Shown here one piece after another: positions 62,873 to 64,000 of a DNA stretch of 64,000 nt. Source of the DNA: a virus; the IMG/VR virus record IMGVR_UViG_3300009034_000015, positions 1-64,000 of that record. One strand, 5' to 3'. How positions within the stretch are numbered: position 1 is the stretch's first letter; every line of letters begins with the position of its first letter. Below the pieces are notes generated by a model. That model did no database searches and was not told where the DNA came from. It worked only from the letters and a program-made list of their open reading frames with translations. Both the position numbers and the translations under genes were made by a program.

Positions 62873-63410
62873 TTACTTCTCCTTATCAATTCACATTCAG
62901 TTCTTTTAAACCTGTTTCTTATTAAAACACATTTCTGATTAAACCTTTTAAATAACTTTGGCTTTATTTTACAGTTATTATATTTATCTAAGTAGATACA
63001 ATCTATTTTATTCATAATGAATTAAGGTATATGATAAGTATGCTTTATATATACTGTTACCTAAAACTTAACTTTTATAAGGTTTACTCTATTACCTATT
63101 TTAAAAATCTATTATCTCCTAAAATTAAAGCTACTCTTGCCTCTTTAGTTTTTAAACTTAATAATTCTTTTTCTATTTTCAATAACTCTTCTTTAAGCAT
63201 TCTTTTCTTTTTACGCTTCAAATCCATTTTAAATCTTATCCAATATAATTTAAGCTCTAACATCTTTATCCTCTCTTTTATATATACTCTGTTACCCTAA
63301 ACTAAACATCTATCATATTTAACTAATTACCAATAATTCTCTGTATAGTAAAACTTAACATTTGGGCTTATCTATTAACTACCTATATACTGTAGGATAA
63401 AACTAAACTT

Positions 63411-63620
63411 TTAAACCTTTCTAATAATTACTTTTTGCTTTAAACAATCTAATACTCTATCTTTATTTAAATGCTTTTTAATAACCTCATTTAAATCTTT
63501 TCTTAAAACTTCTATTTCAATCCCTCGTTCTTCTAACTCTTTTTCTAAAAATGAAAAGCTATTTCCTCCATAAATAAAAAGCTCTAATAATTTCTTAATA
63601 GAAAAAGTTTTATAATCCAT
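63411..63620 (-). CDS. Hypothetical protein
   Basis: AAGGAG RBS. Confidence 0.6.
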   Translation of the reverse strand: MDYKTFSIKKLLELFIYGGNSFSFLEKELEERGIEIEVLRKDLNEVIKKHLNKDRVLDCLKQKVIIRKV

Positions 63621-63625
63621 AATAA

Positions 63626-63826
63626 TTACTCCTTAGAATTAATCCCATTTCTAAAACCATCTCTTTTTCCTACTTCATATCCCTCTTTAAAACCTGACTG
63701 CCTTATTCTTTCTAAACATTTTTCACAGGGCTTAACCTCAATTAAATTCTCTCTTCTGATACTAATACTTGAGTTTAACTCTGTATTACAAGTATAACAA
63801 ACTAATTCTATTTTAACCTCTGGCAT
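63626..63826 (-). CDS. Small Zn-ribbon protein
   Basis: CYTC...CEKC; GFKEGYEVG repeat. Confidence 0.65.
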   Translation of the reverse strand: MPEVKIELVCYTCNTELNSSISIRRENLIEVKPCEKCLERIRQSGFKEGYEVGKRDGFRNGINSKE

Positions 63827-63996
63827 TATTCAAAACCTCTTTTAATATTTCCATTTTCTTTATAACTTTTCATTTTAACATTTCTTCTTTTAAATGTAAC
63901 TTTAATATTAACATGAATTAAAAGTCTTAAAAAATTATAAAACCATCTTCCCTTTATCCTTTCAATTGGCCATCCAAGTTTATCTCTAAATAACAT
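63826..63996 (-). CDS. Small basic protein (56 aa, not in ORF track), paralog of 2656..2838
   Basis: Hand-translated MLFRDKLGWPIERIKGRWFYNFLRLLI... Confidence 0.7.
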   Translation of the reverse strand: MLFRDKLGWPIERIKGRWFYNFLRLLIHVNIKVTFKRRNVKMKSYKENGNIKRGFE

Positions 63997-64000
63997 AATT

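Larger units (their letters stand above)
1..64000 (-). mobile_element. Tailed dsDNA bacteriophage genome segment (siphovirus-like)
   Basis: Terminase, portal, capsid, tape measure and phage replication genes, all co-oriented on the minus strand; no host housekeeping operons; no tail sheath. Confidence 0.97.

Noticed and set aside
1-64000. Alternative genetic code, tRNA genes, diversity-generating retroelement
   Set aside because: Genes are intact and tightly packed under the standard code; I saw no cloverleaf, reverse transcriptase or TR/VR pair by eye (tRNAscan not run)

Overview
The window is most of an AT-rich tailed (siphovirus-like) phage genome, and essentially every credible gene is on the minus strand. 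In transcription order (high to low coordinates) it carries: small accessory genes; terS/terL; a portal-MuF-metallopeptidase fusion; two head-protease genes; the major capsid; carbohydrate-binding appendage genes; connector/neck genes interrupted by a triple-GT2 glycosyltransferase; a non-contractile tail with a -1 frameshifted chaperone; a replication block (SF2 helicase, DnaC-like loader, beta-clamp, DnaB, primase, sigma-like factor); a ~1 kb intergenic control region; an 'early' cluster of small genes punctuated by eight structurally conserved hairpins, ending in a MoxR/VWA pair; a nucleotide block (two dNMP-kinase paralogs, UDG, flavoprotein, divergent ThyX-like enzyme, DnaE, MazG-like protein, canonical ThyX); recombination genes; an NlpC/P60 hydrolase; HU; NUDIX; and sugar-modification genes. 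The best candidates for undescribed biology are: (1) an early-region unit made of a sigma54-type promoter, upstream palindromes, a ~360-nt nested structured RNA and a covarying hairpin array; (2) a putative base-modification pathway around the second ThyX-like gene; (3) unusual head-module architectures; (4) probable virion glycosylation. I saw no integrase, tRNA or CRISPR array. All calls come from reading motifs by eye; no database search was run.
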